NCBI GenBank assembly: GCA_964519305.1
Contig: CAZFHY010000001.1
Span: forward strand, 218,132-282,131
Source of the DNA: Candidatus Undinarchaeota archaeon
GTDB lineage: Archaea > SpSt-1190 > JASMDC01
Length of the DNA stretch: 64,000 nucleotides
Reading direction: 5' to 3'
The notes under the pieces are model-generated. The model was not told the origin of the DNA and did no database searches. It worked only from the letters and a program-made list of their open reading frames with translations. The position numbers and the translations under genes were made by a program. Positions 63,875-64,000 of the stretch are shown piece by piece (position 1 is the stretch's first letter; each line of letters begins with the position of its first letter).

Positions 63875-64000
63875 CTATAGCTCGCGGAGACCCACGATAC
63901 GCCAGAGGGCGAGTTCCCGGAAATCCGTTGGCCCATCGGGCCGTCCGCCGGCGACCGAGTGGCCGGCGATGCGCTCCAGCTGGAACGAGTCGTGGACCAT
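63875..64000 (-). CDS. 3' end of a fourth GT-C paralog (partial)
   Basis: Manual translation MVHDSFQLERIAGHSVAGGRPDGPTDFRELALWRIVGLREL* matches the paralog 3 C-terminus (MVHDSFRLERIAG...DGPTDFKELALWRIV). Confidence 0.85.
   Translation of the reverse strand: MVHDSFQLERIAGHSVAGGRPDGPTDFRELALWRIVGLREL

Overview
GC-rich archaeal chromosomal window. Evidence: TFIIB, egsA, archaeal-type TrpRS/PheRS, SepCysS, WtpABC, and TATA-type promoters about 25-30 nt upstream of start codons. 1-5.6 kb holds housekeeping genes (partial pheS, trpS, egsA, COG1031-type radical SAM). 5.8-31.7 kb is an apparent operon: an AbrB/VapB-VapC toxin-antitoxin pair, with a palindromic operator, translationally coupled to a single ~25-kb gene. 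That gene encodes a ~8,350-aa secreted, C-terminally membrane-anchored protein built from nested N-terminal beta-sandwich domains, ~6,500 aa of alternating disulfide-paired modules I cannot assign to a family, CGDxxC Cys-rich repeats and a cytoplasmic tail. Next come tfb (preceded by a ~190-nt leader that appears structured), wtpABC/moeA, NAD kinase, a fused LeuC-LeuD-type aconitase, a lipoate ligase, several orphan surface/membrane genes, and SepCysS with an unannotated 59-aa SepCysN-like ORF. From 51.6 kb there is an envelope-modification cluster: 2 PP-loop paralogs, at least 4 GT-C (ArnT/PMT-like) paralogs from tandem duplication, 2 radical SAM enzymes and a GT2. I saw no rRNA, tRNA, CRISPR array, transposase or integrase. 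All family calls come from motif recognition by eye; no database searches were run.
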